From NCBI RefSeq assembly GCF_006345805.1, contig NC_043010.1, positions 56,420,001 through 56,484,000 of the forward strand: 64,000 bases of DNA. The letters are read 5' to 3'. This DNA comes from Octopus sinensis. Taxonomy: Eukaryota. Of this stretch, positions 49,557 to 62,548 are shown piece by piece (within the stretch, counting starts at the first letter, position 1; each line of letters opens with the position of its first letter). The notes under the pieces are model-generated. The model saw only the letters and a list, made by a program, of their open reading frames with translations. It did no database searches and was not told the DNA's origin. A program made the position numbers and the translations under genes.

Positions 49557-51291
49557 TGTGTGTGTGTGTGTGTCTTGACATCGCATGATTGTTGTAAACG
49601 AGTGTCAGTGTCATACAAGCAGTGTCGTTTCCCAGAATTTGTGAGAATGTGGCCATTGGGAAATATTACCTTGTATGGAAACTGGTGAGGATTGGGGGTG
49701 GGAAGGGCATTTGGCTAAAGGAAATCTGCCTCAGTTAATTCCAACAAACCCATGCAAACATAGAAAAGTAGACATTAAAACAATGATGATGATGATGATG
49801 ATGATATTTGTGTGAAGAGAGAGAAGTGGGGGAGGAAGTTGTAGGGAATGTTGCGTAGATTGTTGGTAATATTGGAGAACCATGAACCATTGAAGAATTT
49901 ATGTGAATAAACCTTTGGTGGCACAGGGCCAATGTTTGCTGCCAGCTAGCTTGATGGCTTATGTCATTTTATACCATGCATATATACAAACACACACAAG
50001 CATATATCCATATTTGCATATACAAATATATTGTCATCATCGTCATTGTTGTCATCACAATTCAGCATCTGCTTCCCATGTTGCCATGGCCTGGACAGCT
50101 CACTTCTTATACAACAATATTTCATGACTAGATTTTAGTCAGAAACCAACCATTCATTTGTTTCATTTTGACCATGTTCTTCCTATGTACCACTGGCCAT
50201 ATCCTTCCTATGCACTGCTAGACATGTCCTTCCTATCTCTGACCACTTCACAGTGTCCTTTGATGGGTTTTATTTTGGCACTAGTTTTAGGGAGGTGACC
50301 TGACCCTACTAAGGCTACAGAATTCCTTCATTGCCCTAAAATGTATCCACAGAAGAGTGAGGACTGAATAGATAGACTGACAGGTAGGTAGGTAGGTAAT
50401 TAGACAGAGTGAGAGTAGGGTAGGTAGATGTAAGTGCAAACACACAAACACAGGAGTTGGTTTATATACTCCAGGGATATATAAACAGAACTTTGGTTAC
50501 CACTTGAGTAAATTAAACTAGCTTCAACTACCCTCGGAGGGTATCATAGTTGTGATATACCCCACGGATAAACCCTGCGGTATAGCACAGCCATTCAGAA
50601 GCAACCGTGTCAATACGCACATGTGTGTGTGTGTGTGTGTGTGGGTGTGTGTGGGTGTGGGTGTGGGTGTGTGTGTGTGGGTGTGTGTGAGCGTCAGTGT
50701 CACCACTGGCAATCAGTCAATAATTTCATCATTAATAAAGATTGTGCTAAAAACTACATTAATTAATGAGATGTTAAAATTGTTGTCAGTGGTGCAGTCA
50801 GCTGGTTGGTACTGGGAGTGGGGGGCTGCCCATGTAAGGAGGGTCCCATGAGAGGATTTAACACCAAACAACAATAGCTATGGCACCTGTGACACCGTTG
50901 AACCACCACCACTAACCTTACCATCATCAATACCCCTAACACCCTTGCAATCATCTTCACCCCTACCTTCGCCCACCCCATTAACAGTATCGTTACCTGT
51001 GAGATACCCATCCATTTATACCCACTATCACACTGACTAATTCTACCTGACAAGTAAGTAGACATCAAAATATATTCCTAGATTCACTTCAGCTACCCCC
51101 AGGGTATATCAACCTAACTTTCCTCTGGGGTATATCACAGCTAGTCAGAAGTAATTGTATCACTTCTACACAAGATTGTTTTTTATTTTCTCTCACTATA
51201 CACTCCCCTATCTTATACACATCATACTGTTGTACAAAAACTTCAGTACATACATACATGTATATGTGTGTGCTCTGTGTGTGTGTGTGTG

Positions 51292-51340
<49 letters not shown>

Positions 51341-51582
51341 TATGTACATTGATGCATACATACACACATAGACACACACACACACGCATCTGTATGTACA
51401 CATATACATATGTCTGTGTGTACATCCATAGATATTTGTGTTCCTACATATTCTGCATCAAATGTGGAAGCAGTGATGAGTGACAATTCTGACTAAAGAA
51501 AATACTCTAATATTGAGACCCACTTTTTTCCATCAAGGGCTTATATGCCCCAGTAATAGACTATAGGCTTTAAGCTTATAAA

Positions 51583-51676
<94 letters not shown>

Positions 51677-51677
51677 T
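51583..51677. repeat. (TTA)n microsatellite abutting the RTE 5' end
   Basis: Read directly from the sequence. Confidence 0.95.
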
Positions 51678-53943
51678 TGAGTTGCTTGAACGAAGGTGTA
51701 TTGATATGTGTTGCATTCAAGAAGTGAGGTGGAGAGGAGGTTCTGCTAGGTTCCTCACAGGCAAAGAACACAGGTACAAGATTTTCTGGGCTGGGAACAC
51801 TAACGGGGTCAGGTGTGTGAGTATACTTATCGCTGAAAAATGGGTAGATAAGGTAATAGAGGTAATCAGAGTAAGTGACAAATACTTAAGATTAGATTAG
51901 TGCTTCATCATGGATTAGCAACAATTATATCAGCCTATGCCCCTCAGCCAGGGCTACCCGATGGACAGAAAGACCGATTCTATGACACCCTACTGCAGAT
52001 TACATCATCAACGAACAACAGGGACCTTCTCTTTGTGGCTGGTGACTTCAATGGGCATGTTGGACGACATGCTGAGGGCTTCCATGGCGTACATGGAGGC
52101 TACGGTTATGGTTCCCGCAACGAGGAGGGAACCAGGCTGCTGGAGTTCTGCGATGCGAATAGTCTTATGGTTTGCAACACTAACTTCAGGAAACCTACCA
52201 GCCACCTAGTCACCTACCAATCGGGCCGACATACTAGCCAAATCGACTACAACCTTGCCAGAAAAAGGGAAAGATGGCTGCTTATAAATGCCAAAACCTT
52301 CCCAGGCGAAGAATGTACCCCACAACATAGACTGGTAGTGAGTGACTTTAGGATCAGGACTAAGAGGATGACCAGAAGACAACCAACATGGAGAAGAAGG
52401 GTCTGGAAGCTTAAAGATCCTGCGAATGGACAGAGATTTAGAGACATATTACTTGAAGCTTTTGACGAAATAGAAGGGGATATAGCTTCACATGGGGTAG
52501 AATACAACTGGAAGTCTCTAAGGGACAACCTGCTGAGAGTCACTGACCAGATCTGTGGTTGATGCAAAGTCCCCTCAAGACCCAAAATAACGTGGTGGTG
52601 GAACAATATTGTTGACAGGGCTATTAGACAAAAGAAACAGGCTTGGAAGGACTGGAAGAACGGTGGTAGCAGGGAAGTGTATCAGACTGCCAGAAGGGAA
52701 GCTAGGAGGCAGGTGTATTTAGCCAGGGGGGAAGCAGATAAGAAAAAATTTGCCAATGTTCTGCGCCGTGAGGATGAAAGACTTGAGGTATTTCGTGTTG
52801 CAAGACAGTGTGTGAGAGAGAATCGTGATGTGGTAGGAGAGAAATGTGTTTGCATGGATGATGGTTCACTTGCGCTAAATGAGGATGCAAAGAGAGAGGT
52901 TTGGAGACGTCACTATGAAAGGTTGCTGAATCAAGAAAATGAATGGGATAAAGAGAGTCTGCCGAATGTCGACCCAACAGAGGGACCAGCTATGCGAGTT
53001 GACAGTTCCTTGGTAGTTAAGGCAATTAGAAGCATGAAGACAGGGAAAGCCCCAGGCCCATCAGGAATCACTGCAGAGATGCTCAAAATATCTGGTAGTG
53101 TTGGCTATAGCCTAGTCACCCGTATAATTAACCAGGTGATACATGAAGGAGTCATTCCCAAGTACTGGTGTAGCAGCATAATAGTCAACTGCTACAAAGG
53201 TAAAGGTAACGCCCTAGATACAAATAACTACAGGGGTATCAAGCTGTTGGATCAGGTAATGAAGGTTACGGAGAGGGTCATAGCCCAACTAATTAGAGAG
53301 AGAGTTAGTTTAGATGAGATGCAGTTTGGGTTCGTGCCAGGGAAAAGTACCACTGATGCTATATTCCTGGTAAGGCAGCTGCAGGAGAAATACCTAGCCA
53401 AAGATAAGTCCCTGTACCTGGCTTTCGTTGACATGGAGAAAGCCTTCGACAGGGTCCCCTGACCCCTTATCTGGTGGTCAATGAGGAAACTAGGAATAGA
53501 TGAATGGTTAGTGAGAGCTGTGCAAGCCATGTACAGGGATGCTGCTAGTAAGGTGAGGGTTGGCAACGAGTACAGGGAAGAATTCTGGGTAGAGGTTGGG
53601 GTCCACCAAGGATCGGTACTCAGCTCCCTCATATTTATCATAGTCCTCCAGGCAATAATGGAGGAATTCAAGACAGGATGCCCCTGGGAGCTCCTCTATG
53701 CTGATGACCTTGCTCTAATTGCTGAGTCACTATCAGAACTAGAGGAGAAGTTCCAGGTGTGGAAGCAAGGATTAGAATCGAAGGGCCTTAGAGTTAACCT
53801 AGCTAAAATCAAAGTCCTAATAAGTAGGAAGGTAGACAAATCACAAACGCCTTCAGGTAGATGGCCCTGCTCGATCTGTAGAAAAGGCGTAGGTAGAAAC
53901 TCTATAAGATGCACCAAGTGTAAGCAATGGACACATAAGAGGT
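51678..53943 (+). pseudogene. RTE-clade LINE ORF2 (APE endonuclease plus reverse transcriptase), truncated at both ends
   Basis: APE motifs CCIQEVRWRG, ISAYAPQ, VAGDFNGHVG, SQIDY and PQHRLVVSDF. RT motifs GKAPGPSG, NYRGIKLL, QFGFVPGKSTTD, FVDMEKAFDRVP, GVHQGSVLS and LYADD (53697-53708). Frameshift near 51885 and stops at about 52561 and 53461. Confidence 0.95.
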
Positions 53944-55479
53944 CCCCTAAATTCTAACTACCCACCCTAGTATGAACCCTCTTCTTAAATTTTCATTTTT
54001 TTCTCTCTTCCCCTTCCACACACCCTCACCCTACCATTATGCTAGAAATAACAGCAAAATCTCCCTCAAATTACATCTTATAGCCTTTAAAAGGGAGTGA
54101 CACATTAAATAATGTGAGACATATGGTCATGGATGGATTGTCTTTGATCATATATTTATTCAGTCACAGCTATCCAACACTCACCACCTACTACTACTGC
54201 CACCACCACATTGTCATCTCAACCTCCTGTCACCCAGTAAAGTTCCTTCATCAAGGGTCACTTACCTCTGACCCCTTCATTGTCTGATTATAAAATAGGG
54301 GGCAGCCAAGCATAAAGTGGGGGAGGGTACTGTGTAAAGGTGATAAGGTAGGTATGTCAATCATGTTTGGGTGGGGGTGGGGGCTATTGCTGCCAAGAAC
54401 ATTGTATACCTCACACCTTCTCTCCCTTTATGCTTCACTAATACCCTCCACCCACTCTCTCTACACCTACCTCACACTCACCTCCTCCTCCCTCTACTCA
54501 CACTTTACTCCAAGCAATCAAGAGAAAGTGTGTAAAGATACTAGAAATAATAGCCTGTCATCTTAAAAGGGGAAGGACACTAGAGAGTGCAGTGGTGACA
54601 CAGGAGTTGGGGGCCTCTCCCATAGTAGTAGCTGTAGTAATGGTGGTAGTGGTGGTGGTGGTGGTGGTGGTGGTGGTGGTGGTGGTGTGGTGGTGGTGGT
54701 GGTGGTCATAATGAGCTGTGTGTCACCATGTGGAAGATGGAGACTACCTCACATGCTGGGTAACATTCAAATGGGAATGTCTCCACCGACAGGACAGCTT
54801 GTTGTGGGTGGGAAACAGGCTTGCTTCTCTTTCTGTAGACATGGAGTGTAGAGGTAGCAGTAGTATGAATGGTGGTGGTCGTCGTCGTTGTGGTTGTTAT
54901 TAGTTCCTTCTCAAACCATGCCTGGCTCATAAGGGCTGTGCTTGAAGAGACAGGTCATGCTAAAAGCGTGGTTGTTCTTGCATACAGGCTTGTACCCTTC
55001 AATCATCTCTAGCTGAGCATCTCTAAACTTGCTGGCTTGTAAGTGCTAATCCCATGTAAAAAGCACCTTGTACACTCTGTAAAGTGGTTGGTGTCAGGAA
55101 GGGCATCCCGCCATAGAAACCATGCCAAAACAGACATGGAGCCTGAACCGTCCTTCAGCTGGTCAGTTATGCCAGCATGGAAAATGGATATTAAATAGTG
55201 GTGATGATGGTGGTGGCGGCGGCGGCGGTGGTGGTGGTGATGGTGATGATGATGATGATGATGATTTATGTGTGTGTCTTTGCGTCTGTGTTGGTGTATT
55301 TACACCCCCGTTACTTTGCAGTTTAGCGAAAAAGACAGAGTAATTAGGCTTAAAAAATAAACCCTGGGGTTGATTTGTTCAACTAAAAAAATCCTTCAAG
55401 GTGGTGCTCCAGCATGGCTGTAGTCAAATGACTGAAGCAAGTAAAAGAAGAAAAGAATAAAAGAAGAGAGAATGGAGAA

Positions 55480-55960
55480 AATTGAGAGAGCTTCCACCTT
55501 TGCTGGCAACCAAGGGTTTTTCTCTTTGAGTGAAAGGAAGATTGTATGATGTATGTGTATGAAATGCAATCCTGTATGGTAGTGAGAGGTGGGCCCTGGA
55601 TGCAGAAGACATGCAAAGGCTAGAGAGGAACGGGACCACTATGCTCTGTTGGATATGTAATGTAAGTGTACAAGTTCAACAGAGTGCTACTGTATTGAAA
55701 GAGAATTTAGGCATGAAAGGAATTAGATGCAGTGTGCAAGAGAGGAGACTGCTCTGGGACTTGGTCATGTGATGTAGACGGATGCTGACAGCTCCATAAA
55801 GAAGTGTCGATCTCTCAAATTGGATGGAACATGTGGAAGTGGGTGACCCAGGAAGACATGGGACAAAATACTGAAGGACAACCTCAGGACACTGAACCTT
55901 TCAGATGAGATGACAAAAGACTGAGATACCTAGCACCTTGCTGTGCTCAAGAAGACCTGT
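55480..55960 (+). pseudogene. Older decayed RTE ORF2 3' fragment
   Basis: LxTKG.SL.VKGRLYD.CV...LYGSE.W region homologous to 59860-60330, with many substitutions. Confidence 0.75.
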
Positions 55961-56019
55961 CCTCTACAATGTTACGGCCACTCTCCCTGGGGAAGAGCAT
56001 TGGCTTACAAGAGTCCTCT

Positions 56020-56214
56020 GCTGCTACCACATAAAAGCCCTTGTGTCAGTGCCATATTAAGACCACTCAGTATATTTTGTAAAGTGGTTGACATTAGGAA
56101 GGGCATCCAGCCGTAGAAACACTGCCAGATCAGACTGGGCCTGATGAAGCCTTCTGGCTTCACAGACCCCAGTTGAACCGTCCAACCCATGCTAGCATGG
56201 AGAACGGACGCTAA

Positions 56215-56250
<36 letters not shown>
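56020..56250 (+). mobile_element. RTE LINE 3' tail ending in (GAT)n
   Basis: Matches 60915-61087. Confidence 0.85.
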
Positions 56251-56287
<37 letters not shown>

Positions 56288-56553
56288 TACAAATAATATG
56301 GAATAATATGGGTGTCTTATTAGCAATTTAACAACCTAAAGGCAAATTCACAGACGTCCCTAAAGTGACAGAGGATACTAAGTCGTACCAGCATTGCTAG
56401 AAATAAGAGTCAAAACAACTTAATAGCCATAGAAGTACTATCTTAATGACTGACAAAGGAGACAAGCTCCCTAGTGGACATAGCCAGATCACTGGTCATT
56501 TTGATGCAGAGCATCTCAATTCTCATTGGTGGTTCTTACTGTGCCTAGGATTA

Positions 56554-56628
<75 letters not shown>

Positions 56629-56939
56629 TGTACATACATACATCCATACAGTTACCAGCAACGAAAGACATACAAAGACGAGGAGGAGGAGGAGGAGGCG
56701 GTTGATGATGGAGTGTGTGTGTGTGTCTTTGGAGGCGATTTATATCAATGACATGATAAATGTATATGTCTGTGTGGACGACATCATGTATGTATATGTT
56801 TATACACCTGTGTATGTGTGTAGAGTGAAGGTTTGTGACTTTCCATACAATTAAGGTCTCAGACAAATTGATATTTTGTTTGAAGTAAATTACTCACCTT
56901 ACACTCTTCTTTATACACACTCCACTGTGACAGAAAGTC

Positions 56940-57046
56940 AGTGTGTGTGTATGTGTATGTATATATATATATGTATGTATGTATATACATATATATATAT
57001 ACATACATACATACATACACATACATACATATATGTATGTATGTAT

Positions 57047-57078
<32 letters not shown>

Positions 57079-57198
57079 ATTATATATATATACGCACACA
57101 TACATATATATATCTATAATGTATGTACGTATGGTTTTATATATATATATATATATATATCTGTAAATATATGTATATATATTTTATATGTGTTTTGT

Positions 57199-57237
<39 letters not shown>

Positions 57238-57498
57238 TCAATTATCATATTTTTATGCTCATTATTCTATTACACACAATGCACATATTTCTCATACTAC
57301 ACACATAAATGTATGTATATGTATGTGTGTAAGTATATGTGTATATTTATAAGTACATATGTGTGTGTGTATAATATATACACACACAACACATATATAT
57401 ATACACATATGTATGTATATATATATATATATATACATATGTATATATATATATGTTATATATGTGTGTGTGTTGTGTATATATATATATTGTATGTG

Positions 57499-57536
<38 letters not shown>

Positions 57537-57577
57537 TATATTTGTATGTGTGTGTATATATATATATATATATACAT

Positions 57578-57633
<56 letters not shown>

Positions 57634-57730
57634 AACATATATATGTATATATAATATTAGTGTGTGTTTGTATATGTATATACTTGCATATATGTGTGTG
57701 AGAGTATGTGAGTATATATATATATATATG
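56940..57730. repeat. Long TA/TG/CA-rich compound microsatellite block
   Basis: Read directly from the sequence. Confidence 0.95.
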
Positions 57731-58012
57731 TATATATCCACTCTTTAAAGCCGTTTATTCCAGCCTCCCTAAAACATTCTCAGTTAAAAGCCGTTTTACC
57801 TCTCCCCCCTCCCCGCACCTTTCACATCTCTTACCCCTCCCCCTCTCCATCAATTTGGATTACCATTCTGTCGTCATGGAGACCAATCTCTGGAAACTTC
57901 CACCATCACATTTGTTAATATATGCTTTTAATTCATCACATTATCAAAGATTTAGATTTGTGGAGTTTGTGGTGGCAGCGGTGTTGGCGGTGGCGGTGGC
58001 GGTGGCGGTGGC

Positions 58013-58047
<35 letters not shown>

Positions 58048-58847
58048 TGGTGGCGGTGGTGGCGGCGGCGGTGGTGGTGGTGGTAACATTGATGTGATGA
58101 ACATCATTATCAACACCATCATTGCAATATACTTTTAAGGATATTTAACTGTTGCTTCTAGCTTGTTGAACAAATCCCTCAGATTTGTTCTTTCATTTTT
58201 GTTGCTGTTGTTTAACTTCTACTCTATATGGAGTAGTCTCATAATGGAAGCCAACCACGACCACCACCACTGTTCTAGCTTCTAATGTATCTAGGACTAC
58301 ATTATCAATGACTTATGCCTATTTTAGGGAGATGTGACTGCTATTTTTAGCAGGTAGCTGAGAAACATCTGAGATCAATATATTGATCCACTTGTGACGT
58401 AATGTTGCTAGATTCTGTTTGCCAATCTTGGAGAAGTATTTGCCATAGGGGACTATTAGCCTATCCAGGGGATGATATATTTTTCATCTATTTATCTCTA
58501 CAACCAATAACACAATGTGTATTTCTCTGATATTATTTTGGATTATCTTTAGAGTGACTTGGAATGGAGGTGCGGAGTCTTTCATCCGTTTTGTCTCGGT
58601 TTAATTCTTTCAACAGCAAAGACAGCAGCAAAGCTACAAAAATTATTCTACCAGATGCCATGCTTGACCGATAAATCTTCAAGTTTTTGTTTCATTCTCT
58701 CTCTCTTTATTTTCTCTTATTCCTTTCTGTTGAAGAGCAGAGGCTCAATACGTAAAAGACTTTTTCAGTTTCCCAAGTGTCATACTTATACACCAGCTTG
58801 TTGTTCATACACCTGTCTTTGGCTTTTGTTTTTCTATAAATTTCAAC

Positions 58848-58880
<33 letters not shown>

Positions 58881-59078
58881 TACATTATTTACATTATTTA
58901 CATTCGACGAATGTTTGTCCTCATCTTGTTTGTTGTTAACACAATGGATCAGCTGATGTACCCTCCAGCCTTCATCAGGTGTCTTGAGGAAATTTCAAGC
59001 CTCGGTTCTCATTCCTAAGGTATTTTTCGATGTTGTTGCTGTTGTTATTGTTGTTGTTGTTGTTGTTGTTGTTATCAT
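58881..59078 (-). mobile_element. Inverted partial copy of the Penelope-type hammerhead tail and its (AAC)n linker
   Basis: Reverse complement of 59220-59400. CTGATGA core on - at 58972-58978; GAAAC is mutated to GATCC. Confidence 0.8.
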
Positions 59079-59088
59079 TATGCCTACA

Positions 59089-59155
59089 GGCATATAGCAT
59101 AGTTAAGTGTGCAGGCTACTAACCCCAAGATTCTGAGTTTGATTCCAGGCAGTAA

Positions 59156-59214
<59 letters not shown>

Positions 59215-59420
59215 GCAACAACAACAACAACAACATCATCATCAACATCATTATCATCATCATCATCGAAAAATACCTTAGGAATGAGAACTGAGGTTCA
59301 AAATTTCCCCAAGACACCTGATGAAGGCTAGAAACGTGTTAACAACAAACAAGATGAGGACAAATATTTGTCAAATGTAAATAATGTAAATAATTCCTAA
59401 TCTCTTTTATATAGAACTGT
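59089..59420 (+). mobile_element. SINE-like element: tRNA-derived head, (AAT/AAC)n linker and Penelope-type hammerhead tail
   Basis: Head 59089-59160 with an A-box-like tagcatagtt, a ggctactaacccc arm and a B-box-like gagtttgattcc. Linker 59161-59265. Tail with gacac CTGATGA AGGCTA GAAAC gtgtt. Confidence 0.6.
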
Positions 59421-59436
59421 GTGTGTGTATATATAT

Positions 59437-59470
<34 letters not shown>

Positions 59471-59471
<1 letters not shown>

Positions 59472-61087
59472 CGAGGGGCCTTAGAGTCAACCTAGCTAAA
59501 ACCAAAGTACTAATAAGTAGAAAGGTAGAAAACCCACAAATATCATCAGGAAGATGGCCCTGCTCGATCTGTAGAAAAGGTGTAGGTAGAAACTCTATAA
59601 GATGTACCCAGTGTAAGCTATGGACACATAAGAGGTGCAGCAATGTCAAGGTAGGCTAACTGGAAATATTTTTTTGTATGTGGCAGGTGCTCTGGAGCAC
59701 TGACCTCCGAAAATCTGCAGAAAACAACTTCTGTCACTTTCCGGGGGGAAAAACTAGAAGTAGTTGATAGTTTCCGCTATCTAGGTGACCAGTCAGTAGT
59801 GGGGGTGGGTGCGCTGAAAGTGTAACTGCTAGAATAAGAATAGCCTGGCAAAGTTTAGGGAGCTCTTACCTCTGCTGGTGACTAAAGGCCTCTCGCTCAG
59901 AGTAAAAGGCAGACTGTATGATGCATGTGTACGAACAGCTATGCTACATGGCAGTGAAACATGGGCCGTGACTGCTGAGGACATGCGTAAGCTCGTGAGG
60001 AACGAAGCCAGTATGCTCCGATGGATGTGTAATGGCAGTGTACTTACTCGACAGAGCGTTAGTACCTTGAGAGAAATGTTGTACCTAAGAAGCATCAGTT
60101 GTTGTGTGCAAGAGAGACGATTGCGCTGGTATGGTCATGTGGCGAGAATGGATGAAGAGAGGTGTGTGAGAAAGTGCCAATCCCTAGCAGTTGAGGGAAC
60201 CCGTGGAAGAGGTAGACCCAGGAAAACCTGGGACGAGGTGGTGAAGCACGACCTTCGGACGTTAGGTCTCACCATGGAAATGACTAGAGACCGAGACCTA
60301 TGGAAGTATGCTGTGCGTGAGAAGACCCGGCAAGACTAGTGAAGCCATAATCCGTGGCCCCTACCTGGGACGTAGTCAGTCCACCTGTGCATACCTTCCT
60401 TCTTGTGACACTTGTGAAGACCTGTTGAGGCAAGTGAGAATCGAATCGTATCAAATCAAATCGAACCAAATCAAAATAGATGAACATCAATGGAATTTGT
60501 ATCCTTGTGGTACCAGTGCCGGTGGCACATAAGAAAACCATCCGAACGTGACCGTAGCCAGTACCGCAATGACTGGCCTCCGTGCTGAGGGCACGTAACA
60601 AACACCATCCGAGCGTGGCCGTCCGCCAGCCTCGTCTAGCACCTGTGTCGGTGACACATAAGAAAACACCATCCGAGCGTGGCCGTCTGCCAGCCTCGTC
60701 TGGCACCTGTGTCGGTGGCACATAAAAAAACCATCCGAGCGTGGCCGTCTGCCAGCCTCGTCTGGCACCTGTGTCGGTGGCAAACAAAAAACACCATCCG
60801 AGCGTGGCCGTCTGCCAGCCTCGTCTGGCACCTGTGTCGGTGGCACATAAAAAACACCATCCGAGCGTGGCCGTCTGCCAGCCTCGTCTGGCACCTGTGT
60901 CGGTGCACATAAAATCACCCACTACACTCTCGGAGTGGTTGGCGTTAGGAAGGGCATCCAGCTGTAGAAACACTGCCACATCTGACTGGCCTGGTGCAGC
61001 CTTCGGGCTTCCCAGACCCCAGTTGAACCGTCCAACCCATGCTAGCATGGAAAGCGGACGTTAAACGATGATGATGATGATGATGAT
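59471..61087 (+). mobile_element. 5'-truncated RTE LINE: ORF2 C-terminus, 3' UTR and (GAT)n tail
   Basis: RGLRVNLAKTK, a Cys/His finger, KGRLYDACVRTAMLHGSETW, RRLRWYGHVARM and RGRGRPRKTW; stop at 60339; tail ends gttaaacgatgatgatgat. Confidence 0.93.
60600..60915 (+). repeat. About five tandem copies of a 62-64 bp unit in the RTE 3' UTR
   Basis: Unit caccatccgagcgtggccgtctgccagcctcgtctggcacctgtgtcggtggcacataaaa, starting at about 60603, 60667, 60730, 60792 and 60855. Confidence 0.92.
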
Positions 61088-62049
61088 ATATATATATATA
61101 TTATATACATACATACATACATACATATATATTATATATATATATATATATTATATATATATATATATTATATATATACATGTACATGTATGTATGTATG
61201 TGTATGTTGTGTCTACACCCACCATTATTTCAGCACAATATGGATAATGGTATCATCAATCAGAAAGACCAGTTTCAAGATCCTTATTCAGTTCCTGTTT
61301 GAACTTTCCCCCTACACACACACACACACTTTCTCTGGGTACATGTAGCAACTTCTTCCATTGATGTTTCTACATCACTAAGTCATCTCCATCTGAAACA
61401 ATCTTATATTGAGGATAAAAAATCTCTCTATAATCTCACTTTTATAGAAATATTGTTAAAAACATGTCACAACCACATGACAATGAGTTTGTGTCTAGAA
61501 CTGTATTATTCCCCCCCCCCCCCCGAACTCTTTAATATCTAAAAACACTCAAAAGTATTGTTTTGTTTCAGCCATTTTGATTTTGGTTGTTTTTTTTCCT
61601 CTTTCTTTCCTCCACCCAGGTGCCCCCCCCCCTCCTTACGTTTCCCCCTGATAAATACTTGTTACTTTAAACTGTTTTAAATACTTTTCGTATTTCACTC
61701 TGGTCTTCGTTCCATTATTATTTCGGTAATTCAAACCTTTTATAACAATCTGTGGCGCCACAACACAGAAATAAGATCCTCCTTTTTCGGGGCGGTGGGG
61801 AGACGTTTTCTTTCTTCCCTGCCTTTCTTCTTCTTTTAGTGAATTCCTTTATATTTTAGCTCCTTCATTTCTCTGAATTCTTCTATATTCAAGCTCATTC
61901 TTTCAGTTTCTTCTAATTCCTGGCAACTTACCATCTACCGTTACTAACTGGGATCTTGCTGCAGGCACCAGTATTTGTTGATTTAGTTTCTTTATTATTA
62001 TTGTTGTTGTTGTTCTTCTTCTTCTTGCTATCACCACCACTGCCTACAA

Positions 62050-62210
<161 letters not shown>

Positions 62211-62517
62211 ATTTCTTTATTTGCCACAAGGTTGACATGTAAGGAGACATCACAGGACAAATTACAAGAAAAACATTTGGGGATTTTACAGAAACAAGAT
62301 AAAAATCAAGTACGAAACAACAACAACAACAATAATCATGCCAGCTAATAGATTGATGTAATTAGCAACTGTTTAGATAAGTTTCTTTTTGACTTCCAAG
62401 ATTCCAAAGACATTGTTTTCTTTAAGAGTTCTTGTTTTCTGTTGACGGAGGAATTTTTGACAAAACTTCAAAGTAATCCATCATTATCAATATTACTACT
62501 ACTACTACTACTACTAC

Positions 62518-62548
<31 letters not shown>

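Noticed and set aside
58540-58665. Minus-strand MASGRIIFVALLLSLLLKELN..., resembling a signal peptide
   Set aside because: Ends in a stop after about 42 codons with no good donor, and lies beside repeat remnants.
59089-59160. tRNA gene (also considered for the SINE heads at 4519, 6871, 39992 and 49233)
   Set aside because: A/B-box-like motifs are present but there is no complete cloverleaf or acceptor stem, and each continues into repeat bodies.
53943-59471. One RTE element split by a 5.5-kb insertion
   Set aside because: The two pieces overlap by about 165 bp of element sequence with roughly 10% divergence, far more than a target-site duplication, so they are separate copies.
60284-61048. 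254-aa minus-strand ORF with repeated peptides
   Set aside because: Antisense reading of the tandem repeat in the RTE 3' UTR.
61925-61970. TACTAAC branch point plus CAG acceptor on +, and ATG|GTAAGT donor on -
   Set aside because: The + exon would hit stops or run into an AAT microsatellite in the phase required by the 34757 donor, and the - exon is mostly simple repeat. Either could be chance.
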